Assembly (NCBI GenBank): GCA_050273025.1
Contig: CP158635.1
Location: forward strand, 12,028,001 to 12,092,000
Source: Cenococcum geophilum
Taxonomy: Eukaryota
Direction of reading: 5' to 3'
DNA: 64,000 bases
Positions 10,115 through 23,600 of the stretch are shown in pieces. The stretch's first letter is position 1, and every line of letters starts with the position of its first letter. The notes below the pieces were generated by a model, which worked only from the letters and a program-made list of their open reading frames with translations, did not search any database and was not told where the DNA came from. Made by a program: the position numbers and the translations under genes.

Positions 10115-12307
10115 TAAATATAAACAAAAGTCTAGTTCTATTAAATAAATGTCCTTATTTAATATACATTAAACAATCTTGCGAATCTTATAGCTCGTCT
10201 TATTATTTATATATACTATTTTTATATTTTAGTGATACTAAATAGTAAATAGATTATTATAACTTATAGGAAACCACTATACGACCCTTTTAACCTTCGA
10301 TTTCAGATTTGGTTAGACTCTTAGCCTTTATAACTACATATATTATACTAATACAATCTCTAAAATACACAATATCTTTTTACTTGGTTTTAATAAAAAT
10401 ATAATTACCTAAGACAAAAAGCTAAATATTAAAGATCTAGTAGCTAATTAATATAAATATCTTATTAAAATCTAAGTAAATAAATCTATTATTATATTAG
10501 CGACCTAAGCTGCGTACACTTTTAGAGCGGTTATTAGTAGCCATCTATATAAATGTATAAAAGAGCTTATATTTAGAGTCTAGTCCCTAAAATAGAGCAA
10601 TCCTTTAAGTTTTTACTTTATAATTATAGTATCCTTCTAGAAGCTATATAATATATAGAAGCTACCCTACTATTCTAATCTCTATAGCGAATAATAGGAT
10701 AGTCCCGTATAATTTAAGGTTAAGTTAATTTTTATACAGTCCCTTAATTACGGCTCTTATTTTAGAATTATAGCTATTATTAGCGTTTAAGTATAGGTTC
10801 CTTATAAATCTACTTCTTTTCTAGATAATAAAGACTATAACGGTATTGCCCCTAGTATCGCGATACCACTAAGATATATAAAAGGGGTGCGACTGCATAA
10901 ATAAGGTATAGCTTACTGTAAGAGTATATATATTAGGTCCCGCCGCGCTTACAACAAGTTCGCAAGCACTCTTAGTCTTTTTGGCCGTATGGCGACGTAA
11001 AGGCGGGCCACGTTACAATTGTGCTTGCGAACTTACTGGGGCCAGGTGTTGTGGGTTTAATCCCCATCGGTTACTTCGCTCTGGTACAGTTTAACGCACA
11101 TCCATACGATAAGGCGTCAGTAGAGATTCCGATCGCTTATGTTACTAGGGACTAACTAATATGGTAATACTCTTGGCGTTTAATCCCTGTGGAGGCCCAA
11201 ACGGGCGCATAGAGGAATCCCTGTGAGCGCTCGGGGACGAGCGCGTAGAGGAGAGGGCAATTGTAAGAGTATATATATTAGGTCCCGCCGCGCTTGCGAC
11301 AAGTTCGCAAGCACTCTTAGTCTTTTTGGCCGTATGGCGACGTGGAGGCGGGCCACGTTACACTTACTCCTAAAATGTAAAGATAAACGTACTAGCTAGC
11401 TCGGGGCTTCTAAGGTCTTAATAGTTGTATATATATATATATATATATATATAGCATCCTAAATAGGTATCTCTTTCCTATTAAGTGTTTTAAAGGCTAT
11501 TATTCGTACTATTGCTTAATTTAGTAGCTTTCTATACTTAATATTGCGGTATAGCACTTACCCAAATTATAGAACGCCTATAAATATCTATAGGTATATT
11601 ACTAAGAATAAATATATTGTTAGCGACGTTAATAACTCTTTAGATAGACTGTAAAGATATATAGCAGCTGTAACTATAGCCGCGAGTATTAAGTAGAGCT
11701 TTAAGAAGATTTCGTAGACGTATTAACATATATTAGCGACTAAAAAGAGCAATATAATAACTATAGCGATAGTAGCCTGCTTATTAGCTTATATCTATTT
11801 CCTAAGATTAAGTTAACTTACTATTAGCGCCGCTATATCTAACTATATACGTAGGTTAGGCTTATATAAAGATATAGCCGCTACTATATAGATAAAGCCT
11901 TTAACTATAGCTACTCTTCCTAACTATTAGTATATCTAGGCATATACACTAAGCCTAATTCTATAGCGGCTAGTAATAGTATTTATCTAGCCTCCTAATA
12001 ACAGCGGTATAAGATTAATTATAAATATTAGCCTAGAGCGTCTTATTAGCCTAGAAATATCTTTAACTTAAAATAGTAACGTAAAGAACGTTCCCTACTA
12101 AGAATGCCAGAATTAAAACTATATTAAATTGTGTTGTCTTTTTAGAGCCTCTTAAGTATCGATTAACTATAGATAAAATAGGTGCTTAAAAAAATATAAT
12201 ATGGCGTAAATGCGAGTACATTTAATTATTATTAATACTAGACAGCTAATAATAGATAATGCGATAAGGCCTCTAAGGCCCACTAAATACTACTACGTAA
12301 TATCTAT
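10115..12307 (-). pseudogene. RIP-inactivated ferric reductase / NADPH-oxidase-like (FRE) gene, interrupted by a TRIM
   Basis: The minus strand gives, in order: (M)DIT**YLVGL; INLIPLLLGG; IY**LGRVAIVKGFIY; YVYEIFLKLYLILA; RP*KPRAS*YVYL; QSHPFYIS*W; RAVIKGLY; YGTILLFAIEIRIVG*LLY; T*RIALF*; IELDF. These de-RIP to the FRE heme, FAD (HPF) and NAD (EGPYG, ATGIGIAGQLPY) motifs. Ends approximate. Confidence 0.85.
10917..11362 (+). mobile_element. TRIM (miniature LTR retroelement, 446 bp)
   Basis: 101-bp TG...CA LTRs at 10917-11017 and 11262-11362. 5-bp TSD CTTAC on both sides. Polypurine tract AGAGGAGAGGG just before the 3' LTR. 244-bp non-coding interior. Confidence 0.93.
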
Positions 12308-12660
12308 AGTAAAAATAGTGGATATGCAAATCCTAGGAACGCGATATATATTCGCCATTTATACCTTATATTTTAACTATAGGTCGCGGCTTAGAATACA
12401 CTAATATTAGTTATAACTTAGAAAGGTAGGGGGCTGGAAAAGGGCTCTTTGCTAAAAGCCAAGAGTTTTTTTTAAAAAAATTTTTATACTAATATACGGC
12501 CGGCGTCCCAAGACTAGAATATTAAGAATACTTACGCTTTATAGTATACGGTATAGCAAAGTAGAAACAGTCTATTAAGCTCTATAATAAACAATTAAAG
12601 AGGTAGTTAGATAGCTTAAAAAGTAAATACTATTAGTACGGAAAGCTAGACAATATTAAT

Positions 12661-13670
12661 AATAATTCTTCTTTAATTAACGTCTAATACGGATGCTATC
12701 TAGCCCCACGCAGACTACTCCGTATATAAGGGAAAAGTAATATTAACGGGAAAAAACCCTTACTGCTGGGGGGGAGGAAAAACCCTATAAGCCACCTTAG
12801 TAGGATAAAAAACCCCATTTGCTATATCCGCATATAGCAGCGGCCCTATAGGCCTACAGCTATATCCTATCCTCCTTAGATATTTAAACTCCTTAGGAAC
12901 CACTGCTTCCTTCTCTAGCTTATCTAAGCTAGGGTTTACTACGTCCCAGCTAGGCCTTACCACTTAATTACTGTGTCTTACTATTATCTCCTATATCTTA
13001 GCCATCCCCTATATACTATCTCTTATTTAACTATTGCTATATACGCTATACCTCCCCCCCCCTAGGGCCTATTAAAGGCGTAAGGGGGATTTATCCGTTT
13101 TAACTACTATAATACTAATAAGCGAGCGGGATATTATATATTTAGGTATCTTTTATACCTAGGCCCCAGCTAGGCCCTTTCTAAGGGTTACTACTCCGTT
13201 AAAAGAAAATAGGGAAAACCGTGGGTCGCAATCTAGGCTGCTAGGTAATATTTAGTAGAAAAAACGGCGAGTAACCGTATACTCCGCGGGCGATCGCCCT
13301 AGGGGTTAAGAGGGGCCGTATATTTACTTATTGCTTATTTATTCGCGATCGCTCGTTTATTAATATAAGAGGTCGTTAATGCTTTCTATTAGGGGTTAGG
13401 GGATGCTATTAAATGCCGTTTATCTACGTTGGATTATATAGGTGCCTTAATAGGAGAATAGCGTAGCTGAATTATAGAGGGCCATAGTAGTAGTTTTTGA
13501 GATCTTACCATCTAAAAATTTTTTACTACCGCCTATAACGCTCATAACCACGACTACTAGGTCCTATCGCACGCTATATAACGTCTCTGCGTTAGCTCTA
13601 AGTCTGAACTTTAAAGACCTAGGTTCGTAGCTGTCACTACGTATAGGTGCAGAGTCCGTTTTTGACGGCC
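12661..13670 (-). mobile_element. About 1.0-kb non-autonomous non-LTR retroposon, copy 1
   Basis: Inverted copy of 43362-44380. 15-bp TSD CTAGACAATATTAAT at 12646-12660 and 13672-13686. Short (ATT)n tail. No RT motifs seen. Confidence 0.88.
13585..13670 (-). ncRNA. Putative HDV-like self-cleaving ribozyme at the retroposon 5' end (copy 1, RIP-damaged)
   Basis: GGCCGTC(P1) AAAAACGGA CTCTGC(P2) ACC(P3) TATACGT(L3) AGT(P3') GACAGCT(P1') AC GAAC CTAGGTCT-loop-AGACTTAG(P4) AG CTAAC(J4/2) GCAGAG(P2'). The order and spacing fit the HDV double pseudoknot. Confidence 0.72.
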
Positions 13671-16600
13671 ACTAGACAATATTAATTATTTATAATTATA
13701 AAAAACAAGAGATCTATATATATATTAATAGATTAAGAGTTATAGTGGCTGTCTAGGGAGCAAGTTATAAGTAGGTAGTTAAGTTATAAGCGTCTTTATT
13801 TTTAACGTCTAAGTAGCTAGCATATCTTAAGTTTATAAACGAGCTTCCTGTAAATATAGAGAGAATTAGGTTAGAAGTATATTCTAAGTCTATAGGTGTA
13901 GGAAGGAAGAAGAGATTAAAAAAGGTAGCAAAACGATTGCATCTAGGGTATTGACATTTAAAGAAGGGATATCGTTAGTTGTAAAAAATGCGCTAATCTT
14001 TCCGAAACTATTATCGTTTAATTTAACTATACTAAAGAGGAGAAGGCGTAATTAGGCTTAGCTAGGGATTATCTTATAAATTAGACCCCTGGTAGATTGT
14101 TAGTATATACGCTATAAGCGTATATATATACTGCCTTTTCTCTATAAGGGTCTAAGAGCTTATTGTCCTAGCTTTAGTAGTAGCTTAAAGTTTTAAAATC
14201 CTGTCGCAATCTTACCTTCCTGTATATCTTATATAAGTTATTTTTTTTACCTAAAAATTATAATTATATCGTTGCCTTACCGCTTAGTTAGTAGAGAGCT
14301 ATTTTTTATAGTATAATACGAACCGTGTACTATAGCTCTACTATTAAGTTCTTATTACTTCTAATATAAATAAAAAGGCTATATCTAAACCTAAGAACCT
14401 CGCTATTATACTAGAAAGTCGTCTTTAGCCCTATAGCTGCTATAGAGCGTAAACTTATATAACGTCGCCACCCTAGTTAGTACCTCTAATTAATAAGATC
14501 GATAATCCTAGTTAGTGCGAAATAACCCCGCACTTCTTATATAATAATTACGGGATATATTTAAGATAAGTCTGTAGCTGTTATACCTATAGCTAATACG
14601 CCTATAGCTAGTATACCTATAACTTAGCGTTATCTTAAGAATATTTAAAACTAAGTAAATGCCTTAGGCCGTAAAGCTATAGGCTCTATCTACGTTACCC
14701 TATTTTTTTGCTTTGCGCTCACACGTTTCTGCTAAACTATCTATATATTACGGGACGGGGGTAGTAGCTATAGAGTGTATGTATTTAAGGAGTCTATAAA
14801 ACGTTACGCGATTAATCGTAAGGAGGTAATATACCTACGCGTAACTAATATAAGCTGTACGCGAGGTATACGCAAGAGCACGGGGCTCTCCTATAGAGGC
14901 CCCTGCGGTAGGGTTTTATAATACTACCCCCCCTTCTATAAAGGCGGAGCTTTAGTAACGCTATGGTTATTATATATATATAAAAGGGACACTTAAGGTA
15001 TAGAAATAAAGAAAAGGGGGGTATTGCTAAAGGCTTAAAATAATGTTATATAATAAGGCTTAGCATTTAAAAATCTAACTAATTAGATAACTTTAACCGC
15101 TGGTTAAAGTTTCTAGACATTTTAACGATATTCTAGTTACGTAATCGCACTTTACCGCAATTTAACGGCAATTTAACGGTAATTTACCCTTAGGTGGTAA
15201 TATATAACAGTTTAACTCTATAAGGGCTTCTATAGAGGATTAGGTATAAAATCCCTACTTAGGCCCAGTTTCTATAGGTTCGCGTAATAAAAGTCGCTAA
15301 TTAGGTCCTTTATATTTTTAAAGTCTTCCTATAGTTGCTATTCTAGCTATTTTATATTAAATCCTATATATATAGCTCTATAGTAGAGCCGTTATCCTCT
15401 ACCTTTACTAAAGTATTTAGAGTTAATAATTTATTTAATAGTCTACTCCTTATAGTTCTTATCTTTATTTTTATCTTAAATTAGTACTAGTAGGAGGTTA
15501 GGCTATATCTACCCTAGTAAGGGGTTAGGCTAATAGAGGTATAGTAGCTATAGGTAAAATACGGGCTATATCCCGTGGGTGGCTAGGGTAGGTAAAAGTT
15601 TTAGCTTATATATAGCTCCCCTATTAATAACTTATTTAATTAAATAGGGGCTAAGGTTCTTATAATTAAGTGACTTTATAGGCCTTTACGTAGAGATATT
15701 ATATATATCTAGCTATACCTAGTCGCTAATACGCATCTCTAGTGGTGGCGTTTTATAATAGTTAGCGAAGTAAGCCTACTTTACTTAAGCCTAGGCCATT
15801 TCTCCCTTATAGTAGTTAAGTAGATTTTTTATACGGTTTATATACTAGTTGGTAAGTAGTATCTTAAGGCGTTTTCTATATAGTGGTTTCTTATTAATAG
15901 GTTCTATTAGCTCTATACCAGATTAGGGGTAAGTCCTATAGTGGTTAAGATATAGTTATTTAGTACGAATTTACCTAGTAGGAGGTAATCTACCCAGTTA
16001 TTTTAACTATAGGCGACTACCTATTATAGGTATGCTTTTATACTAGCATTAGCGTTTTCTAGTTACCCAGTAGTTTTATAGTAGAAGGATGTAAATATCT
16101 TAACAGAGATGCTAAGGCGTTGGTAGATTTATCTCTATATATTAGAGTTAAATTATATACCTCGGTTAGACGTAATTAAGTTAAGTAATCTATATAGTTA
16201 GTAAACTTCGTAAAGAAAGGCGTTAGTAACGTTGCTAACGGCTACGTCTTTAGTTAGGACGTAGTGGCGCTCCTTTATAAGTTAGTATATTATTATAAGG
16301 ATATTCTTATAGGTACGGCTATATTATTTATAGGGTGGTATATTAATAATAAAATCTATAGCAATATCTGCCTATTGTTGCATAGGTACTAATAGAGGGT
16401 ATAGTAGTCCTTAGTACTTTATATTAAAGGCCTTAGCGCGCTTATAACTATAGCAGGCGCCTATAAAGCGTTTAACTAAGTCTATTATTTTTAGCTAGAA
16501 GTAGTATTGGCTAAGAAGTTCGTAAGTTCCTCCTCTGCCTAGGTAGCCGCTTAATTAGAGGTTATAGGCCATTTAAATTAGTTACTGTTATAGATTTTTA

Positions 16601-17133
16601 AGTTAGGGATAAATAGGCGGCCTCTATAATAGAGCCTATTCTCTTTTACTTTTAAGGCTGCTATATTAATCTAGCCTAAGCTTTAAAGGTTAGTAGGTAG
16701 CGTACAAGCGCTAGCGGTCTTTGCGATAATAAGTTAATATAATAATAGGTTAACAGAGGTGTTATATACTATAGTAATAAGCTTATTAATTTTAGGAGGT
16801 AACTTTAGTTCTATAGTATAAAGTTAAGGTATAATTAGCTCTATTATAGGTAGTATACCTAGGGCTACATTTTATGCTTTTAGGATTATTTATTATTAGA
16901 ACTAATTATAAGGGTTATCTTTAAACTAAGGAAGGTCTTATAAGCGGCGTATTAGGCTATTAGGTTTAGTACCTTATACTCTTAATCTATATATAATTTT
17001 AAAGTTAAAACTAGAGAGGAACTTATTTTAATGTACTTAGTATTAGTTTAGCTACTTTATAGTTATAAAGTACTTAAGGTTGCGATAGTCCGTAAGGACT
17101 TTAGTTGGCTAGTTAGGCTCTACTAAGGAAAGT

Positions 17134-17338
17134 TATAACCGACTACGGTACCCTGCCAAAACACTACCTTGTCTTGTCTCGTATCACTATATACACCTTA
17201 ACTCGCTCACCAACTCGGCCACTAACTCGGTTAATTACCCCTTATTTCCTACGCCTTCTTTATATATATATACTACTTTAATTTCCATAGATTTACAATT
17301 AAGTTGCTCGTTTAATACCCACACTGTAAAAGCTTACA
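17134..17338. mobile_element. Solo LTR (205 bp) of a family not otherwise seen here, inserted in Gypsy A1 RNase H
   Basis: T(G>A)TAACC...CTTACA with TSD AAAGT on both sides. The empty site is present in Gypsy A2 at about 45836-45840. Confidence 0.88.
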
Positions 17339-17630
17339 AAAGTTCTAGTTAGAATTCTTTAAACGCTTATATAATTATAAGAAGTTCTTTATTATAGATC
17401 TTATAGTTACACTCTTATAGTATAAGCTTAAACGAGTAGAATGCGACTAGGTAAAGGAGACCGTTATTACCTATTTAGGAAAGGACGTCTACGTTAACGT
17501 AGTCTAAGGAGTCGGTTTTAAGATAGAGTTATTATCCTAGTATAAAGTAAGCTAAGATAGGTGCTTTGGTAAAGGCATTTTTAAGGTTTTAAAACGCCTT
17601 CTTATATTTAGGCGTTTAGGTAAAGTATAG

Positions 17631-20600
17631 TGTTCGTACTAACTTAATAGCACGAGTAAGTCGTATCCACGGGCACGAAATACATGTAGTATCGTATGCT
17701 TGTTTGGATGGTGACTGTCGATTATATAAAGCAGACTACGTGGTCTATATACTGATGCACCTCCCCCCTAATTAGTTAGTGCTTTATAAGTACACCAGAC
17801 GCGTAAGCGAGTAGTTAGTGCACTGAACGCGTAAACGCGTACCTGGTGTACCGAACGCGTAAGCACGCGTTTAGTACAACAGGTGCTGTAATTATACACT
17901 AGCAGTACTTGAAAAATGAAACCACCTATATACAGCCTCCGTAATTTCTTTAATAAAACCATAGAACACAAAGGAAAATACATAGGAAATCTCCCCCGAG
18001 GTGCCGTCTAGGCTGCCTTTCAAACGGTACCTCAAGCTGGCCGTAAGTCCTGCTTACGGTCCATAAAATAAACCGTACGGCCTTTTAACGGGCAGTAAAT
18101 CAGATTTTAAGGGCCGCCAAGGCGCTAGTGCTAAGCGAGCCAATGGCGATTTTCCATGCCCGGCATGGAAAATCGTAATTGGTTAATTTAACCATTGTGG
18201 CAGAATATAGCAGAATTCGGCAGGTCACGTAAGTCCACCAAGTTCTATTACAGCTTTCCACCGTTTTTCCACCTAATAGCTTACAGTCCGTAGAATAGGC
18301 TATACAATAAGCCGTACGGCCTTCTAACGGGCCGTAGGCGTACCATAGGTACTCCGTTAGTCCCGTTCTACCTATTCTATAACTTTTAGGTTAAGCTTAT
18401 TTATATTAATTAGGGTTTTAAGGGCTTAACACGGCTTTGCCTTAGTTATAGCGTCCGCTGGGTTATCTCCACTGCTAATCCATTTAACCTCTATAATCTT
18501 ATGTCGTTTATAGGCCTAATATAAGCACATTAGGTCGACCATAAGCCTCTTCTCTTATATCGTACTTAGTTTAACTAGGCAGTCGTAAAGGGACTTTAAA
18601 TCAGTGCATAAAACTAGGGGTAACTGCTCTAGTTATAGAATCTTCTAGACCGTTAATTTAATTACGGCTGCTATATTAAATCCATAAGCTAGTATATATA
18701 GTTTAGAAGCTAGTATACTATGGGTTACTTATTTACACTTAATTAAAGACCAGTGCAGTATATTTACGTCCTAATTATGGTCTGTAAGTATAATTACAAA
18801 GCCAATTTGTAATAATAGGTCTTTATTATTAGCAAAGGAGGCGTCTATAAATGCCAGTAGGCTAAGGGAATTCAGGTCTAGTGGTATAAAAGTAAGTCCC
18901 CTTGCTGCATTATCAATTTGCCACTAAATGCGCTTATTAAGCTGCTTAATATTTTCTTCTTGCGGATCTACTGCCTAGGCCGTAAAGGATAAGTCGTAGG
19001 CAGATTTGGGTTAGCAGACTATAGCAATATAGGCGCCTCTTACACGCTGTGCAGCGTATTAGTCCTTTATATTTACGGTCTTATAGGTCTCTTTATGGGA
19101 ACTAGTAAGGTCCGTAGGCTTTACTATAATAAGCTTTAGGTTTTAAGCTTAGCGTTCCTAAGTTAGCTTAATTAGGTTACCCTTTTATATAATTAGGCCT
19201 CTATTAAACTTAATTAGATTCTGCTTAGTTAACTACTCTTATAGCTTTACCAAGAACTTGGCCTTTTATAGTTTAGTTTCTTTAGCGTCCGTAAAGGTCT
19301 AGTCTACTAGGAATAGGGTATTGTCTATTTAAAGTCCAATAATACTAAGGCCGTTTAATGGGCTATATAGGAGGCAGGGGTCGTAGGTTAACTATTCTAT
19401 TTTAAGCTTACTAACGTGATACTAGTGGTACGTCTTAAACTAGTAGTTCTTAGCTTCTAGTACTCTATAAAGAGGTTTTATAACCTATAAAATTGTTCCT
19501 AGTTATAGGTTAAGCTTATGGGGTAGTCGTATAAAGATGTCCCTACTTAGATAGGTATTAGACTACATATAGGCTTATGAGATGTCCCATAAGTATAGGG
19601 CTATGGGTTTAGTTTACTGTAGTCCCGGCACAAGTGCAAGTATAATTCGTTAGCTAACTTATTAAATTATAGGCGATTGCGTAAGGACTAAGTCCTTTCC
19701 CTTATCGTTATAAGCTTATACGACAAGCCTTAATTTCTTAAAGGCTTTATTAGTACTAGGGTGCTTAATCTTGTTAATAAAGCGTAAGTTAAATATATAG
19801 ACGCCTTGCGGGACGTCTTTCTCTATTATAACCGTAAAGACACCCTTTTTAAGTAGTCCGTTAATCTCTTTACGTCGTAAGTCTGTAAATGGGGTTTCCT
19901 ATACTAGAACTAATATATCCGTAGGCGGAGATTACCTTGCGGATATTCCTACGGAGGTTAGGTAATTTTTTATTATGGTGTTCTTAGTTATAGGGTGCTT
20001 TTAGGGGCGTCCTCAACCACGCTTTATAGTAGGTTTAGTAGGTTTAGTAGGTTTAGTAGGTTTCTAGGGGACTTTTAGGGTAGGCAAGGGTGCTTCTAGT
20101 TCGTCTAATTTAGCGGGTGCTTCCGGTTTGTCTAGTTTAATAGGTGCTTTTAGTTTATCTAGTTTAACGTCATAGGTGTTTTCGGGCTAAAAGTAGGGTT
20201 TTACGGACGTGCTTCTAAAGCTGGTTGGCCTACTAGGAAGCTATACGCAGCACGTCTCATTTTCTACGGCTAGTAGACGATAAGGTCTATTTTAACTGCC
20301 GCTTTTACGCCATACAAGGACTTCAGAGTTAAGCGGGAGGTCATGTACTGGGGTCGTGTTAGGTCCATTGCGGTAGTACAGGGCGTTATTAATAGCTTAC
20401 TTAGCCCGTAGCTTAACTATTTTAGTTATTACCTTCTATATTATAGCTGCTCGTTCCGTAATAGACAAAGCAGGAGAGCCCAGGTTGCTTATTCTTAGGT
20501 AAGCTCCATAAACTAAGAGGGTAGGTACTAGTCCATTAGGGCCAGCGGTGTCGTTAATAGCTTTTACGGCTATCTATAAAGCCAGTTCCTTTTAGATGTC

Positions 20601-23600
20601 CTTATACTCGTCTATAATAATCTGGTAAGCTCTCTATAAGGCTAGGTAAGCTCGCTTAATAAGCCTAATAGACTAGTGCGCCTTAACTAGAACAGCTTTT
20701 GTTAATATAGCTATAGCCGTAGTATACTGCTAGAATTCCTTGCTGATAAAGTTCCTACCGGTGTTGTAGGTAATATACTACGGAGGTCTAACGTATATAT
20801 CGATCTAACAGGTCCATAAAATATCCTAAGTATATTTTATGGATATATTTTGCAACCAACGGGCGGCTTAATAGTAGGTTACCTCGTCGATTATATATAA
20901 TACTAGACTACCATTAATATACATAATATCCACGTATACTAAGTGGTTAAAGTCAAGGTCCTCATAAAGGGTGAACTTAAATTGGCCTAGGGAACGTCCG
21001 TATTTCTAGCAGAAGGAGCAGTATTTAGTCAGGTGGTTAATTGCCTTCCTATTAACGTCGTCATATCTAGAGCGTTTAAGGACTCTATACAGCTTTTTGG
21101 TTAACGGGTGGCCGAAACAGTAGTATAGGCGGTGGATCTCTATACTAGTAAGGTAGCACGGGTTATAGTTAAAAGATTCCTAAATATAGGTCTATAAAGT
21201 CTCTCCCTATATAAGGAACGGGTGTCTAAATCGTTATATAATTAGTAGGGTAATATACTTGCTTCCTAGGGCAGTTGCGGGGCCGATTAAGGTATCCGTA
21301 ATATTGTTATAGTATACCTATAACCTATCTATATCTGCAAGACAGAGTAGGAAGGGGGTATCCGCTTTTACCACGTGGAAGTTAACTAGGCCAATTAGAG
21401 TCTTAACTTTAACTAATCTAATTAATGCAGTTAAGCTAATGCCGAATTGGACGTTTACGGCCCTAGTTTGCGTAATATTAATGTCCGTATTGTCATTTAT
21501 AGTGGTCCTATATATAAGGTATTGTCTATAGCCTGTGGTAGACTTCTTAAAGGCACCTGTGTCAATTATAACACCGTAGAATTCCTTAGGGGTATAGCAT
21601 TTTGTGGTAATATATGCAAATAGGTCCTACTTATGATCTGTAATATCTATAACGGGGGTACTTATGGAATGGTTTTTGGGCGCAACTAAGTATATAAAGG
21701 AACGGTCGGCTAATATGGTTGTAATATTAAAGGCTTAGCTGTCCGTAAAAGGTCTAAAAGTGGTTAGGAATGTCTCTAAGGTCTCTTATTCCTAAGCGTC
21801 TAAGTTAAAGTTAATTATAAGGGCTTCTATTGACTTATTAGGGGGCTCTTCTACTTCCTCTCCTTTGTATTCCAAAATGAACTGGTTAATACGGCTATTA
21901 AGTCTCTTTCTAGACTTGTTATGTTCTTCCTAGGTATGCCTTATAGACTAACATCCTTCCTTACCGCACACGAAGCACTTCTGGCTGGTTTATCTGTGGG
22001 GGTATATTTTTGTACGGGGGTTGCTATAGGGGTTATAGGTGGGACTTGGTCGGTACGGGTGCTGCTAGCGGTAGCGGCGGTCCGTAAAGTAGACGTCTAA
22101 GTCTGTTTACGGATATTAAATATCCGTAATGAAGGCTTAAGTACTGCCTAGTGGGTTTAAGACTTTATACGTTATAATAGAGGAGCGTAGGTCATTAATA
22201 AGGCCAGCTAAGGTATCTGTAGGCTTATAGTAGGCGTATTTACAGGGCTCTACTTCCTAGCAGGCTATAATAAGTTTATTATGCAGGAAGTCGTCTATTT
22301 GAAGCTTGGTATTAAGGCCGTGCTATAGGTGCTGAAGGTCTTTAATAAGAATTTATAGGCACTCTATAGTCGATTTTTTAGTGTTCTTATCGATTACGGT
22401 CTGTAGCTTAGTCGCATTCCATTAGGTAAGAATATTACGCTTATATTTTAGTCCTTTAAAGTAGTTACGCGTAGCTTCGCATAGCTTATTAAAGGGAATA
22501 CTAAGGGGGTTACTCTTAAGGTTAGTGTAGTAGTGGTTAAGTGCTAGGCCGCGCAGCATAGTAGAGTAGGCTTAGCTAAATTCCTATTTAGAAATATCAG
22601 CCTTCTAATAGAGGTCTGTAAAGATAGTAAGTTTAAAGTTAAAGTTATTATTTTTACTGCTATACTTGGATTTATTGGTATAGAGCTTAGCTAGGTTAGC
22701 TAGCTCCTTACTATAGGTCTTTGCTTGGGTGGGTTGCGGATCTATAACTTACGGATCTGTGGCTTGCGGATATATGGCTTGCGGATCTATGACTTAAATA
22801 ACGGGGGTAATTTAGTCCGTATTTTAGTTTATGGGGGTATTATAGTCCGTAATTTGGGTTACGGGGGTATTGTGGTCCATAACTTAAGTATTAGGTATAC
22901 TTTGGCTAGTAAGATTAATTCTAATGCTACTTAGGTTTATAGAACGAATTTAGTTAAATAGGTTAGCTATAAGGCTAGAGATTCTATTAAGTTTAAAGGA
23001 GGTAAAGAGGTTGCTAGTTTTAATATAATCTAAGATCTACTCCTTAGTCTATTCCGTTTGGTCCTCCTTACGTAGTGTGTTATATAGAGACCGTGCAATA
23101 GTGACTCGTTTATCCCTTTTAACCCATACGCCTTAGTGACGTAAAAGGGTTCATAGGTTACAGATGGTAGTAGGGTTATAAGCCTTAAAAATAGCTTCCG
23201 TAAAGTCCGTAAAGTCTTCCTTATATTGCTCCCACAGGTCGTCATTTATAAGCTTAAAGTGTCTATATTTAAGGATTTTAAAGCTAATATAGTCGTTAAC
23301 GTCATTTATAGACGTAACGTCGACGCCTTATCTCCACTTTTTTTAACCTTCGCTGACTTGCTTGCTGATGTCTGCCATACTATATAGTATATAGCGGGTG
23401 GTAGAGGTCTTATAGGGTCCGTAAAGGCGGTTAGCGGGTCCATAGTGGTTTGTAGAAGGGTAAGAGGTCTCCGTAATGGTCCGTAAAGGTAATTAACGGG
23501 TCCGTAACGGTTTGCAAAAGGGTAGGGGGTCTCCATAAGGGGTCTGAAAAGACGTCAGAGGTGTTAAAAGAGGGTGTAGTAGGAATAAGGGTTTAAGGTT

